From the IMG/VR virus record IMGVR_UViG_3300041586_000126, positions 1 through 64,000 of that record: a stretch of 64,000 nt of DNA. One strand, written 5' to 3'. Positions 5,929-15,374 of the stretch are shown here, one piece after another. Position 1 is the stretch's first letter; each line of letters starts with the position of its first letter. The position numbers and the translations under genes were made by a program. The notes beneath the pieces are model-generated. The model was not told where the DNA came from. It did not search any database and saw only the letters and a program-made list of their open reading frames with translations. Source of the stretch: a virus.

Positions 5929-6174
5929 ATGAGTAAAATATTGTATTTTTCATCCGAAGGATGTCAACCCTGTAAAATGTTATCACCTACAATGCAAAAC
6001 AGTGGTTTGCCTTATGAAAAAATTAATGTAGATAATGACACCTATCTAACAAACAAATACGGAGTTAGAAATGTCCCTACCCTAATAAAAATAGATAATG
6101 TGGGTAATGAAATTGGTAGAATGGTGGGTAATAATTCTTTAAATATAATTAAAAATTGGTACAACCAGTTGTAA
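5929..6174 (+). CDS. Thioredoxin/glutaredoxin-like protein
   Basis: CQPCK active site, YGVRNVPTLI motif. Confidence 0.85.
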   Translation: MSKILYFSSEGCQPCKMLSPTMQNSGLPYEKINVDNDTYLTNKYGVRNVPTLIKIDNVGNEIGRMVGNNSLNIIKNWYNQL

Positions 6175-6240
6175 AAAATAGCGATTATATTTGGATAAGT
6201 AATAAATAATTCGTATATTAAATAAATAATAAATAAAATT

Positions 6241-6705
6241 ATGGCAAAGTTTCAATCAAGTAAAGTTTATGATGGATACAGCACAGTATTCCGTCAATGG
6301 AGAGCAACAAATACTCACTGTTCATTTATTCACGGTTATGGTGTTTCATTCAAAATATATTTTGAAGGGGAATTAGATGAAAAAAATTGGGTTATGGATT
6401 TTGGAATGGCCAAGCGTGCTAAAACATTAATAGATGGTAGGCAACCCAAGGATTATTTCGATTTTATATTTGACCACACTATGATTATAGCAGAAGATGA
6501 TCCTGAAGTAGAAGCATTTAAGCAAATGGGAGAAGCGGGAGTAGCACAAGTAAGAATAATCCCAGCTACCGGTGCAGAGAAATTTGCTGAATTTATCTTT
6601 AATAAGGTTAACCCCTTCGTATTAGAAGAAACAGATGGTCGAGTTAGGGTTACTAAAGTGAAGTTTATGGAACATGGAAAAAATGCAGCATATTACTGCG
6701 AATAG
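6241..6705 (+). CDS. queD: 6-carboxy-5,6,7,8-tetrahydropterin synthase
   Basis: HCSFIHGY, WVMDFG, FDHT, TGAEKFAE motifs. Confidence 0.9.
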   Translation: MAKFQSSKVYDGYSTVFRQWRATNTHCSFIHGYGVSFKIYFEGELDEKNWVMDFGMAKRAKTLIDGRQPKDYFDFIFDHTMIIAEDDPEVEAFKQMGEAGVAQVRIIPATGAEKFAEFIFNKVNPFVLEETDGRVRVTKVKFMEHGKNAAYYCE

Positions 6706-6737
6706 ATAGGAGGGGTGCATATGTATAATAAAACACC

Positions 6738-7220
6738 ATGCATCCTATGAGAAAATGTAATAAATGTAAAGAATCCTTAGATTATTCTGAATTTGCAAAA
6801 AACTGTTCCCAAATTGATGGGTATGAAAATTATTGTAAATCCTGCAAAAATAAATATAACCAAGCTAAGTATGGAAACAAATACACTAAATTATACCATA
6901 AAAAAGCAGGTTATGGTATTTACAAAATAGAGAATAAGAAAAATGGAGAAATTTATATTGGTAAAGGTTGGCTAAATGAACGTAAAGTCGACCATTTTAC
7001 TAAATTAAAAGCTCAAAGACATTCTAACCAATACTTACAAGAGAGTTATAATAATGTCTCCCACGAATTACTTGAATTCTCAGTTATTGAAATATGTGAA
7101 CCCAATCTTGGATCACTGAAGGAGAGGTATTATATTATAGAAGAATATTTAAAGAATAGCGAAAAATTATTAAACCAACACGTCACTTTAAGATGGCGTA
7201 GTGAAACAAAAACCACTTAA
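6738..7220 (+). CDS. GIY-YIG homing endonuclease with N-terminal Zn ribbon
   Basis: CNKC..CKSC then GIYKIENKKNGEIYIG; sits between queD and queE. Confidence 0.8.
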   Translation: MHPMRKCNKCKESLDYSEFAKNCSQIDGYENYCKSCKNKYNQAKYGNKYTKLYHKKAGYGIYKIENKKNGEIYIGKGWLNERKVDHFTKLKAQRHSNQYLQESYNNVSHELLEFSVIEICEPNLGSLKERYYIIEEYLKNSEKLLNQHVTLRWRSETKTT

Positions 7221-7232
7221 AAAAATCAATAA

Positions 7233-8021
7233 ATGGAAACAAATCAATTAAAACGAATCCCAGATTACGATAAGGTATTACCTATTGTAGAAGTTTACAC
7301 AGCAGTACAGTCAGAAGGGTCTAGAGCAGGATACCCAACAGTAGTTATACGTACAACCGGATGCACTCACAGGTGTTTTTTCCGTGACGGAGGGTGGTGT
7401 GACTCCTGGTATACTTCAATCCACCCCGAAAAAGGTCAATTTACCTTTAATGATATTATTGATATGTACAAGAAAAACCCACACATATCAGAGATGATGC
7501 TAACGGGTGGTTCACCTACACTTCACCCTGCCCTAGTAAATGAATTAACCCACTTTGCCCATGAAAATAATATATTTATTACTATTGAGACTGAAGGAAG
7601 CCACTTCCTCCCCACTGACTATCCTATTAATCTTTTATCTATTAGTCCTAAGTTTTCTAATTCTATCCCAGTTTTAGGAGTAAAAACACCACAAGGGGGA
7701 ATTACAGATGAAAGAATGATTAATCAACATAATAAACTCCGAGTTAATTATGAAGCAATAAAAAAGTCAATAGAATACCATTCAGATTACCACATAAAAC
7801 CAGTATGGAGTGGACAAGACGAGGGTGCCTTAGCTGAAATTTTAGATTTTATTAAAATTATGGAGGTACCTCAAAATAAAGTATGGTTTATGCCTAGTGG
7901 TGATTCAAGAGAAGGGTTATTTAAATCGTATCCTTTAGTATTCAATTGGGTGAGGGATAATGGATACCGTATGACTTGGCGCCCCCACATCATAGCCTTT
8001 GAAGCACAGAGATGCGTGTAG
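7233..8021 (+). CDS. queE: 7-carboxy-7-deazaguanine synthase (radical SAM)
   Basis: QSEG..G.P.V.IRTTGCTHRC...WCDS, LTGGSP, TIETEG, SISPK. Confidence 0.9.
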   Translation: METNQLKRIPDYDKVLPIVEVYTAVQSEGSRAGYPTVVIRTTGCTHRCFFRDGGWCDSWYTSIHPEKGQFTFNDIIDMYKKNPHISEMMLTGGSPTLHPALVNELTHFAHENNIFITIETEGSHFLPTDYPINLLSISPKFSNSIPVLGVKTPQGGITDERMINQHNKLRVNYEAIKKSIEYHSDYHIKPVWSGQDEGALAEILDFIKIMEVPQNKVWFMPSGDSREGLFKSYPLVFNWVRDNGYRMTWRPHIIAFEAQRCV

Positions 8022-8077
8022 ATAACGTTTAACAACGTATGAGAAGTTTGATTCTACCATATGTATAATCAAAACAC

Positions 8078-8731
8078 ATGGTAGAACATATTTATACTTG
8101 TGGACATTGTAAGTCCTCTTTCATCAAAAATTACATAATGTCAAAAGGTAATTGGAGAGATGGAATTCTTTACCCTACTAAAAAATATTGTTCTAAAGAA
8201 TGTAGACAAGCTGAGCGTGCCAAAGAGCATAATTATAAAAATTGTAAAGTTTGTGATATATCCTTTAGAGTAGGACCCAGTAGTAATAATATATTTTGTA
8301 GTAAAAAATGTTATGGTTCAAGAATGAATACACACCCTAAAGAATTTGGAATGGCTGAACGCTCAGCTAAGATGAGGGAAAGTTGGGATGAAAATGCTTG
8401 GAAAAAATCAATCCAAACTAGAAAAGATAATGGAAACATTATTGATTGGGATATAGCTGAATGGAAGCAATATTGGCGTAGATGTAATGATTTAACACGT
8501 AAAATGCGTGTAAAATTACTTGGAGATTGGGATGGTATTGATTATATTGACGGCAAGAATATATTACATAATTTAATGTTACCTATAACACATGCCGAAT
8601 ATCCAACTCTTGACCACGTTATACCTAGAAGTCAAGGATTTAGAGAAGGTTTAACACCTTATGAAATTAGTAATCCAAAGAATTTAAAATGGACTACTAG
8701 AAGAAATAATAGTAAGAAATACAACAAATAA
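8078..8731 (+). CDS. HNH homing endonuclease with CxxC/CSxxC Zn repeats
   Basis: YCSKEC and FCSKKC repeats, TLDHVIPRS...NPKNLKW..RRNN. Confidence 0.8.
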   Translation: MVEHIYTCGHCKSSFIKNYIMSKGNWRDGILYPTKKYCSKECRQAERAKEHNYKNCKVCDISFRVGPSSNNIFCSKKCYGSRMNTHPKEFGMAERSAKMRESWDENAWKKSIQTRKDNGNIIDWDIAEWKQYWRRCNDLTRKMRVKLLGDWDGIDYIDGKNILHNLMLPITHAEYPTLDHVIPRSQGFREGLTPYEISNPKNLKWTTRRNNSKKYNK

Positions 8732-8732
8732 T

Positions 8733-8867
8733 TTGGATAAGCAAGAAGCACTTAATATATTAGGAGAAATAAAAGATAACATCAACATTTGTTGTGCTAT
8801 AACAATGTATCCTGATGAAGTATTAGTTTTAATAGATAAAATAGAAAGTTATATAAATGGAGAATAA
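8733..8867 (+). CDS. Small hypothetical protein (44 aa, TTG start)
   Basis: LDKQEALNILGEIKDNINICCAITMYPDEVLVLIDKIESYINGE*, fills the gap and overlaps the folE start. Confidence 0.45.
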   Translation: MDKQEALNILGEIKDNINICCAITMYPDEVLVLIDKIESYINGE

Positions 8868-9543
8868 ACGTAGAAAAATCCACGAAGAATTAGAAGTGGT
8901 ACAAGCAGGTTTTGCTAATGGTGTTGCTAAAGGTTTCCCATTATCTGAACAATCAAAACAATATATGATTGAGGATGCTACTAAGGCTTATGGTGACTTT
9001 TTAACAGCCTTAAGATGTGATTGGCAGAATGATCCTAATTCAATGGAAACTCCTCGACGCATAGCCAAAAAGTATGTTAATGAGCAGTGGGCAGGTAGGT
9101 ACAATAATCCACCAGCTATCACATCATTCCCTTCTGATGGGTATGACGGGCTTATCACGGAATGTAACATACCTTTAACAAGTATGTGCTCCCACCACCA
9201 CGAATCTATTTTAGGTAGAGTTCATATTTCATATATAGCTGGTATTGACGGAAGGGTAATTGGTTTATCCAAGTTAAATAGATTAGTTGAACATTTTGGA
9301 CGTCGCGGAGCTATTCAAGAACAGCTTACAATGGCTATCCACCAGGCTGTAGATAAAGTATGTGAAGGTAATCAAGGAGTTGCTGTACAAATAGTAGCAA
9401 GTCACCAATGCGTAAGCTGTAGAGGAACCAACCACCAAGGAGCAGCTATGATCACAACCAAGCTATCAGGAAATTATTTTACTAAACCCGAAGTAAGGTT
9501 TGAATTTTTTGATGCTATAAAAAGTGCGGCATTGTTAAAATAA
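8857..9543 (+). CDS. folE: GTP cyclohydrolase I
   Basis: ETPRRIAK, SMCSHHH, IGLSKLNR, IQEQLT, HQCVSCRG. Confidence 0.95.
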   Translation: MENKRRKIHEELEVVQAGFANGVAKGFPLSEQSKQYMIEDATKAYGDFLTALRCDWQNDPNSMETPRRIAKKYVNEQWAGRYNNPPAITSFPSDGYDGLITECNIPLTSMCSHHHESILGRVHISYIAGIDGRVIGLSKLNRLVEHFGRRGAIQEQLTMAIHQAVDKVCEGNQGVAVQIVASHQCVSCRGTNHQGAAMITTKLSGNYFTKPEVRFEFFDAIKSAALLK

Positions 9544-9549
9544 ATAAAT

Positions 9550-9951
9550 ATGATATTAAAAGATAACAAAGTAATACTAAACTGGGGTGATATAGATTTT
9601 CTTATAAAAGAAATAGTATATAAAATTCTACTAGAAACCCCAACAGTAGACTCCGTACATGGTATTACACGAGGAGGTTTAATCCCCGCAACAATGATAT
9701 CACACCAAACAGGTTTACCTTACGTGAATGTTATTGGTCCTAATACTTTAGTAATAGATGACATAGCGGATAGTGGAAAAACCTTAGAAAAATCACCAGG
9801 TGTTTACACAGCAGTTTTACTTTATAAACCTCACACTAGTACTTTTAAACCTAACATATGGGGCAATGAACATGAGGGAGATCAATTTATATATTTTCCT
9901 TGGGAAAGGGAAGATGCAGTCCCAATGGCCGATTATCTAAATAAAAAATAA
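9550..9951 (+). CDS. Purine phosphoribosyltransferase (Gpt-like)
   Basis: GITRGGLIPA, LVIDDIADSGKT PRPP loop, FPWE end. Confidence 0.85.
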   Translation: MILKDNKVILNWGDIDFLIKEIVYKILLETPTVDSVHGITRGGLIPATMISHQTGLPYVNVIGPNTLVIDDIADSGKTLEKSPGVYTAVLLYKPHTSTFKPNIWGNEHEGDQFIYFPWEREDAVPMADYLNKK

Positions 9952-10067
9952 ACACCAAAACAAGATTTAGGCAAGGTTAAAGTTGACCCTAAAAAGGTCA
10001 TTATAACCAAGCCAGTAATGATTCGAGAGAACTTTTCTAAAATAACTAAATAAATAAATTATAAATT

Positions 10068-10265
10068 ATGAATTATTGGCAAGTAGATGTAAGATTAACA
10101 ATGGAACATGAAACGGGTAGAACCCAACACACCATTGAGAAATATTTAGTAGATGCAGTTTCACCCACTGATGCTGAAGCTAAAGTCTTTAAAGATTTTG
10201 AAGGAGAAAGTAATTTTTCAATTACTAAAATAGTTAAAACTAAAATTATAAAAATTATACAATAA
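10068..10265 (+). CDS. DUF4494-like protein
   Basis: EKYLVDAVSPTDAEAKV...ITKIVKTKI pattern typical of this Bacteroidetes family. Confidence 0.7.
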   Translation: MNYWQVDVRLTMEHETGRTQHTIEKYLVDAVSPTDAEAKVFKDFEGESNFSITKIVKTKIIKIIQ

Positions 10266-10810
10266 TGGGAAAACAAACAGAATTAGACTTTGGATTTTCT
10301 ACCCAAGCAAACCCAGCAGCAATACCTTTTATAAGTGAAGTAGAGATGTTTAATAATTTAATGGGTAAATCTTATCAAAACAGAACTACACCCACTATTG
10401 ACCTCAAAGATGCTCAATTTGTAATTGATTTCATAGATGAAGAATTAAACGAATTAAAACAAGCAGTAAAAGAGGGAGATATTGTTGAAGTTTTAGATGC
10501 TTTGTTAGACATTACTTATGTATGTTTAGGGAATGGGTCTCTAGTTTTTGGTTTAAAAGACAAAATAGAAGCAGGGTACGCCGAGGTTCAAGCTTCTAAT
10601 ATGTCTAAAATATGCTCTACTTTATACGAGGCTGAAGAAACGGTAAGGGTAAGAAGTGAACAACAAGCAGAAAAATGTCATTATGTAAAACTAATGGACA
10701 AATATGTTGTGTACCGTAGTTCGGATAATAAGGTAATGAAGTCTATTAATTTTAAACAACCCAACCTTCGTCAGTTTTTTACACAAGAAGAGCTAGACAA
10801 AGATTATTAG
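10265..10810 (+). CDS. MazG-like / phosphoribosyl-ATP pyrophosphohydrolase-family NTP pyrophosphatase
   Basis: FIDEELNEL...EVLDALLDITYV...EVQASNMSK. Confidence 0.85.
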   Translation: MGKQTELDFGFSTQANPAAIPFISEVEMFNNLMGKSYQNRTTPTIDLKDAQFVIDFIDEELNELKQAVKEGDIVEVLDALLDITYVCLGNGSLVFGLKDKIEAGYAEVQASNMSKICSTLYEAEETVRVRSEQQAEKCHYVKLMDKYVVYRSSDNKVMKSINFKQPNLRQFFTQEELDKDY

Positions 10811-10887
10811 TATAAAATTAGTACCATAATATAAAAAACCCTAGGCTCCTATATGGAGCCTTGGTATATTAGAATAAATAAGTTATA

Positions 10888-12618
10888 ATGTACAAAAAAG
10901 CATACGCAACTAGAATAAAAAACAATAAATATAAAATTTATTTGTGGGACCAAGGAGGGTATAATGAAATTGAGTGGACAAACTGTGCTTATGTAGAATG
11001 CAAAAGTAATCAATTTACTCATAGAGGAATTAATGATGAATATTTACTTAAAACTCCTAACTGGTATAAAACAGACCCCCATTTACATTTCCATGATATG
11101 CCTCCTTATCAAAAGTTTCTTATTGAGAAATATGGAGCAGATGATACTCCCTCTACAGGACATAGAGAATTATTTTTTGATATTGAGTGTGAAATAGGAG
11201 GAGCACTTACCGAAGAATATATTGAAACAGCTCCCATGCCCATCACCTCAATCGCTTATTGGGATAAAACACCTGATAAATGGGTCATTTTAATATTAGA
11301 TAAAAAAAACGAATTACTACCTAAAGAGATTAATGGTAAGGAAATTATACCTGTAAGGACTGAAAGAGATTTACTGTTAAAGTTTATAGAACATTTTACA
11401 AACATTAGCCCAGATATCTTAGTTGGATATAATAGTGATTTCTTTGACATCCCCTACTTATATTATAGGATATGTAATGTTCTAGGGAGAGAATACGCTG
11501 ACTACCTTTCCCCTATTAATAAAGTAAATGCTAAAAAAGATAACCCCTACTTTCACAAACCAAACCAGTATGTAGATATTGTGGGTGTAGAATCTTTAGA
11601 TTATATCCGTTTACATAAAAAATACCATTGGAAAGATGAACCAAGTTGGAAATTAGATGCTATTGGTTTAAAATACGCTAATTTAGGAAAGGTTGAATAT
11701 CAAGGAAATTTGGACCATTTATTTTCTACTGACTTAAATAAATTTATTGAATACAACTTTCGTGACGTTGAAATATTACAAAAGTTAGATGAAAAATTAC
11801 AATATATTGCTTTAACTAAAAATTTATCTCATAAAGGTAAACATAATTATAGTGAAGTATATGCTAATAGCAAAACACAGGATGGTGCTATTTCAGCCTA
11901 TTTATTATCTCAAAATATAATACCACCACCTAAGGAACGGAACCCTCAAAAGAAGGAAACTTATGCAGGTGGGTATTTGTTTTGTCCTAAAGCGGGGTTA
12001 TACAAATATATGTTTGATGAAGATTTAGTATCACTATATCCTTCAATAATAATGACGTTAAACATAGGTAAAGAAACTTTTATAGGTCGTATTATAGATG
12101 AAGATGATCGTAATAATAGATTAGGTCTTAATGATTTAAGATTAAAAGACCCTAAAGAAGAATTATTAGTAGAAAATGGTAGACAACAAAGAACAGTAGT
12201 TCCTGTTAGTAAATTAATCAAAATAATAGAAACCGAAAAATTATCAATATCTGCTAATGGTTCAATGTTTAGAACAGACAAAGAATCTGTATTATCAACT
12301 ATCCTAAAGAAATGGTTCGAAGAAAGAGTTACATATAAAAAAAGGATGCAAAAAGCATATAAGGTAGGAAATAAGGAAGATGGGGATCATTGGCATAGGA
12401 TGCAATATACTATGAAAATTCTCTTAAATTCACTCTATGGCGCAACCGCTCTTCCTTCTTTCCGTTATTCTATGAATTTCCAAATACTAAGTGAAGCCAT
12501 AACCCTTTCTGGGCATAGAATTATACAAGAAAGTGCCCTATGTGTCAACAAACATATAAACAAAATTGTGAGAAGTGAAGAATTAACTGAGGAATTCAAA
12601 AAATCCCTTAATATATAA
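10888..12618 (+). CDS. Family B DNA polymerase, N-terminal part (3'-5' exonuclease, motifs A and B)
   Basis: FFDIECE, GYNSDFFDIPY, YNFRDV, DLVSLYPSII, KILLNSLYG; lacks motif C. Confidence 0.93.
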   Translation: MYKKAYATRIKNNKYKIYLWDQGGYNEIEWTNCAYVECKSNQFTHRGINDEYLLKTPNWYKTDPHLHFHDMPPYQKFLIEKYGADDTPSTGHRELFFDIECEIGGALTEEYIETAPMPITSIAYWDKTPDKWVILILDKKNELLPKEINGKEIIPVRTERDLLLKFIEHFTNISPDILVGYNSDFFDIPYLYYRICNVLGREYADYLSPINKVNAKKDNPYFHKPNQYVDIVGVESLDYIRLHKKYHWKDEPSWKLDAIGLKYANLGKVEYQGNLDHLFSTDLNKFIEYNFRDVEILQKLDEKLQYIALTKNLSHKGKHNYSEVYANSKTQDGAISAYLLSQNIIPPPKERNPQKKETYAGGYLFCPKAGLYKYMFDEDLVSLYPSIIMTLNIGKETFIGRIIDEDDRNNRLGLNDLRLKDPKEELLVENGRQQRTVVPVSKLIKIIETEKLSISANGSMFRTDKESVLSTILKKWFEERVTYKKRMQKAYKVGNKEDGDHWHRMQYTMKILLNSLYGATALPSFRYSMNFQILSEAITLSGHRIIQESALCVNKHINKIVRSEELTEEFKKSLNI

Positions 12619-12735
12619 TATTTTTTTACATATACTGCGTTATAAATAATAGAATAAAACTAGACATATAACACGGCATACTAACATAGACAATACATTA
12701 AACACGCGTAAAATGCGCATAAATTAAATAAAAAT

Positions 12736-12999
12736 ATGGCTCTCAACAAACAAACAATTAGAAGCAATCAAACTATATATAGAGAAGGTGTAATTCTATC
12801 AAAAGAGGAAATTATTGAAATAAGTGAAAGCTGGAATGAAAACCAAACTTTATTTTTTAAAAAGATGCTAAAGCAAGGGGGGCAATGCTTAATAAATGGT
12901 TGTTCTTTTAAAATATTGATTAAACAAAGAGATGATTTAGATTCTTATGGTGAAAAGCCTAAAACAACACCCCTTATTCCCGGAGAAAGAACATTTTAA
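12736..12999 (+). CDS. Hypothetical protein between the polymerase halves
   Basis: 87-aa ORF with an A-rich start; no intein or endonuclease motif seen. Confidence 0.7.
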   Translation: MALNKQTIRSNQTIYREGVILSKEEIIEISESWNENQTLFFKKMLKQGGQCLINGCSFKILIKQRDDLDSYGEKPKTTPLIPGERTF

Positions 13000-13013
13000 A
13001 TAAAAATACTAAT

Positions 13014-13954
13014 ATGAAATTCTTACAAGAAGTTCCAGAATACATATGTCCGAGTACTGACGTTAACCACGTCGCGTACTCGGACACGTGACAGACTCAA
13101 TCTATATACATGCTGAGCCCCTACTGTTAAAGTTATACCCCAATTTTGAGGAATTTACTGATAAAGAAAAGGATAATATTCTAGAAAAAGTAGCCCTAAA
13201 ATATCAAGAAGTAATTAATAATGATTATGGTAGAATAACATGTGATGTTTTTAACGTGAAGGATCATAGATTAGAGATGAAAACTGAAGCTGTTATTCGT
13301 ACTGCTTATTTTAGAGCTACTAGAAGATATGCCCAGTGGATTACAAAACAGGAAGGAATAGAAAAAGAAATATTGGATATTAAGGGATTAGAATTTATGA
13401 AAGCTAATTTTCCTCCAATATTAGGGAAATTCTTCAATAGTATTCTTGAACAAGTATTAAAAGGGGAAAAAAAAGATAATATTATAGAACAAATTAAAGT
13501 GTTTAAAAAACAAATAATTGATGGGGAAATCCCTCTTACTAAACTAGGAAATCCTACATCTGTTAAAAAGTTGAGTAAATATAGTGGAACAAATGCAAGA
13601 GCAGGGGAAATGTTCACCGAAATATTAAAAGGAGCCCCAGCTCCTGTAAAGGCCGCTATCCGATATAATGATTTATTAAAATTGTGGCAGTTAGATAAAA
13701 AGCATGACTTAATAACTCAATCGGATAAAGTAAAATGGATATACTTAAGAGATAATCCCTATAAAATAGAATCACTAGCATTTCAAGACCATGATATACC
13801 CGAAAAAATACAAGAATTTTTAAATAAGTATGCTAACCGTAGAATAGTATTTGAGACTATATTACTAAATAAATTAGAAGGGTTTTTTGGGGATCTTGAA
13901 TGGTCTCTTGATTTGAATCCCTATTTAAACAATTTTTCTTTCTTTGAAATTTAA
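13014..13954 (+). CDS. Family B DNA polymerase, C-terminal part (motif C, thumb), interrupted by 5 nt in YSDT|DS
   Basis: ATG13014 MKFLQEVPEYICPSTDVNHVAYSDT-TGA(13089-91); frame resumes GAC13094 DSIYIHAEP..RRYA..DIKGLE; needs recoding (hop) or is a lesion. Confidence 0.85.
13043..13093 (+). promoter_or_regulatory. Candidate translational-bypass signal: stem-loop, take-off ACG, stop TGA, landing ACA
   Basis: TGTCCGAGTAC (13047-57) is the exact reverse complement of GTACTCGGACA (13076-86); inner GACGT/ACGTC stem. Confidence 0.65.
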
Positions 13955-13962
13955 AACAAATT

Positions 13963-14694
13963 ATGATAAACAGAAACTTATTACAAAGCACAATATCTAA
14001 ATATTTTCTAGGTGATTTACATAAATCAGTTAAATGGAGAATTAAAGATAACACATTAACCGTTTATGCCCAAAGTGAAGGATTAGTATGTAAAACTTTA
14101 TTAAACAAATTCCCTGTACAAGATAGTGAAATAGGAGTATTTGATACAGATAAATTAGTTAAGCTTTTGTCTATTACTAATGGTGACTTATTAATGAGTC
14201 TAAGTGGTAACAAGGCATTAAAAAATGTTATGTACATTGAAGATGCTAATTTTAATTTAACTTATACTTTAGCAGACCCTTTAGCAATAGGTAAAACTAG
14301 TTGGGTAACCGATCCTGAATTTGATGTTGAATTGGATTTAAGTGACGATGATATATCTCATTTAATAAAAGCTAAAGGAGCATTAGACGCTACTAGTGTT
14401 CTTATTAAAACCACAGAAAATTTAAATGGAACTCTAGTGTGTGAATTTATGTTTAGTCCGGAGGCAATAGAAGATAATTATAGTAATAAGATATCATATC
14501 AAATTCAGGGCAACATTAAAGAAGAAGGAATGCGTCTTCCGTTTAATGCTCTAAAGTTTAGTGAAATATTAAAAAATAACAAAGACATGACTACCGCTAA
14601 ACTATTTATAGCAAATAGTGGTATGATGAAAATGGAATTCACGTCTGAGCATATAGAAAGTACTTATTACCTACTACGAAACGAGTTAAACTAA
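13963..14694 (+). CDS. Putative sliding clamp (gp45/PCNA-like)
   Basis: 243 aa, two-domain beta-rich pattern, GMMKMEF...STYYL C-terminus, adjacent to polymerase, clamp loader nearby. Confidence 0.7.
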   Translation: MINRNLLQSTISKYFLGDLHKSVKWRIKDNTLTVYAQSEGLVCKTLLNKFPVQDSEIGVFDTDKLVKLLSITNGDLLMSLSGNKALKNVMYIEDANFNLTYTLADPLAIGKTSWVTDPEFDVELDLSDDDISHLIKAKGALDATSVLIKTTENLNGTLVCEFMFSPEAIEDNYSNKISYQIQGNIKEEGMRLPFNALKFSEILKNNKDMTTAKLFIANSGMMKMEFTSEHIESTYYLLRNELN

Positions 14695-14763
14695 ATATTA
14701 TAAGGAATTTGGTACCCCATATTAGGGTTTGTATATTTAAGTATAATATTAAAATCATTATAA

Positions 14764-15087
14764 ATGACAAAGAAAAGAAAGTCTATTAAAACCATTACTG
14801 ATCCTTTATTGGAACCCTATTTCATTACAAAAGATGAATATAGTTATACAATAAAGATGAACGTAACTTCAGATAAAACACATTTTAGATCCAAACAATC
14901 TACCCCTAAAACATACGAAAAATCCTTATTTTACCATCCTACTATGGAAGCGGCCTTAATAAAGATTTCAGTACTAAAATCCCACGATAAGGATTACAAG
15001 AGTTTAAGTGAGTACATAGAAAATTATAAACAAGTAACATTAAATTTAAAACAATACGTAAATGAGAGAACTAAAAGCATTTTATGA
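14764..15087 (+). CDS. Hypothetical protein
   Basis: ORF after an early promoter, overlaps the groES start. Confidence 0.65.
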   Translation: MTKKRKSIKTITDPLLEPYFITKDEYSYTIKMNVTSDKTHFRSKQSTPKTYEKSLFYHPTMEAALIKISVLKSHDKDYKSLSEYIENYKQVTLNLKQYVNERTKSIL

Positions 15088-15364
15088 TGCATGCATCGTT
15101 AAACCCATAGAAATAGAAGAGACTGTTTATGGTAACATCATCGTTCCTGATATGGGAAAGGATACAAATACCTTTGGGGAAGTAATTGCTGTAGGGCCTG
15201 GTAGGTATACTATCAGTGGAGTACTATTAGTACCACAAGTAAAAATAGGCGATAAAGTAGTACTCCCTACTCAGGGTTTCACAAAATTACCATTTGAAGG
15301 GGTAGAGTACTACATCGGGCCAGAGAACCAGGTGCTCGCAAAAGTTCAAGAAATAACTAAATAA
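15062..15364 (+). CDS. groES: Co-chaperonin GroES
   Basis: GNIIVPD, GEVIAVGPG, VKIGDKV. Confidence 0.93.
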   Translation: MRELKAFYDACIVKPIEIEETVYGNIIVPDMGKDTNTFGEVIAVGPGRYTISGVLLVPQVKIGDKVVLPTQGFTKLPFEGVEYYIGPENQVLAKVQEITK

Positions 15365-15374
15365 TAAGTAAGAA

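Noticed and set aside
12619-13093. Intein or group I/II intron splitting the polymerase
   Set aside because: No intein C/S start or HN end, no recognisable intron core; both parts have their own start and stop.
13088-13954. ORF-track start at GTG13088 (MTDSIY...) as the true PolB-C start
   Set aside because: It begins in the middle of motif C; the upstream ATG13014 frame supplies YSDT. Kept only as an alternative.
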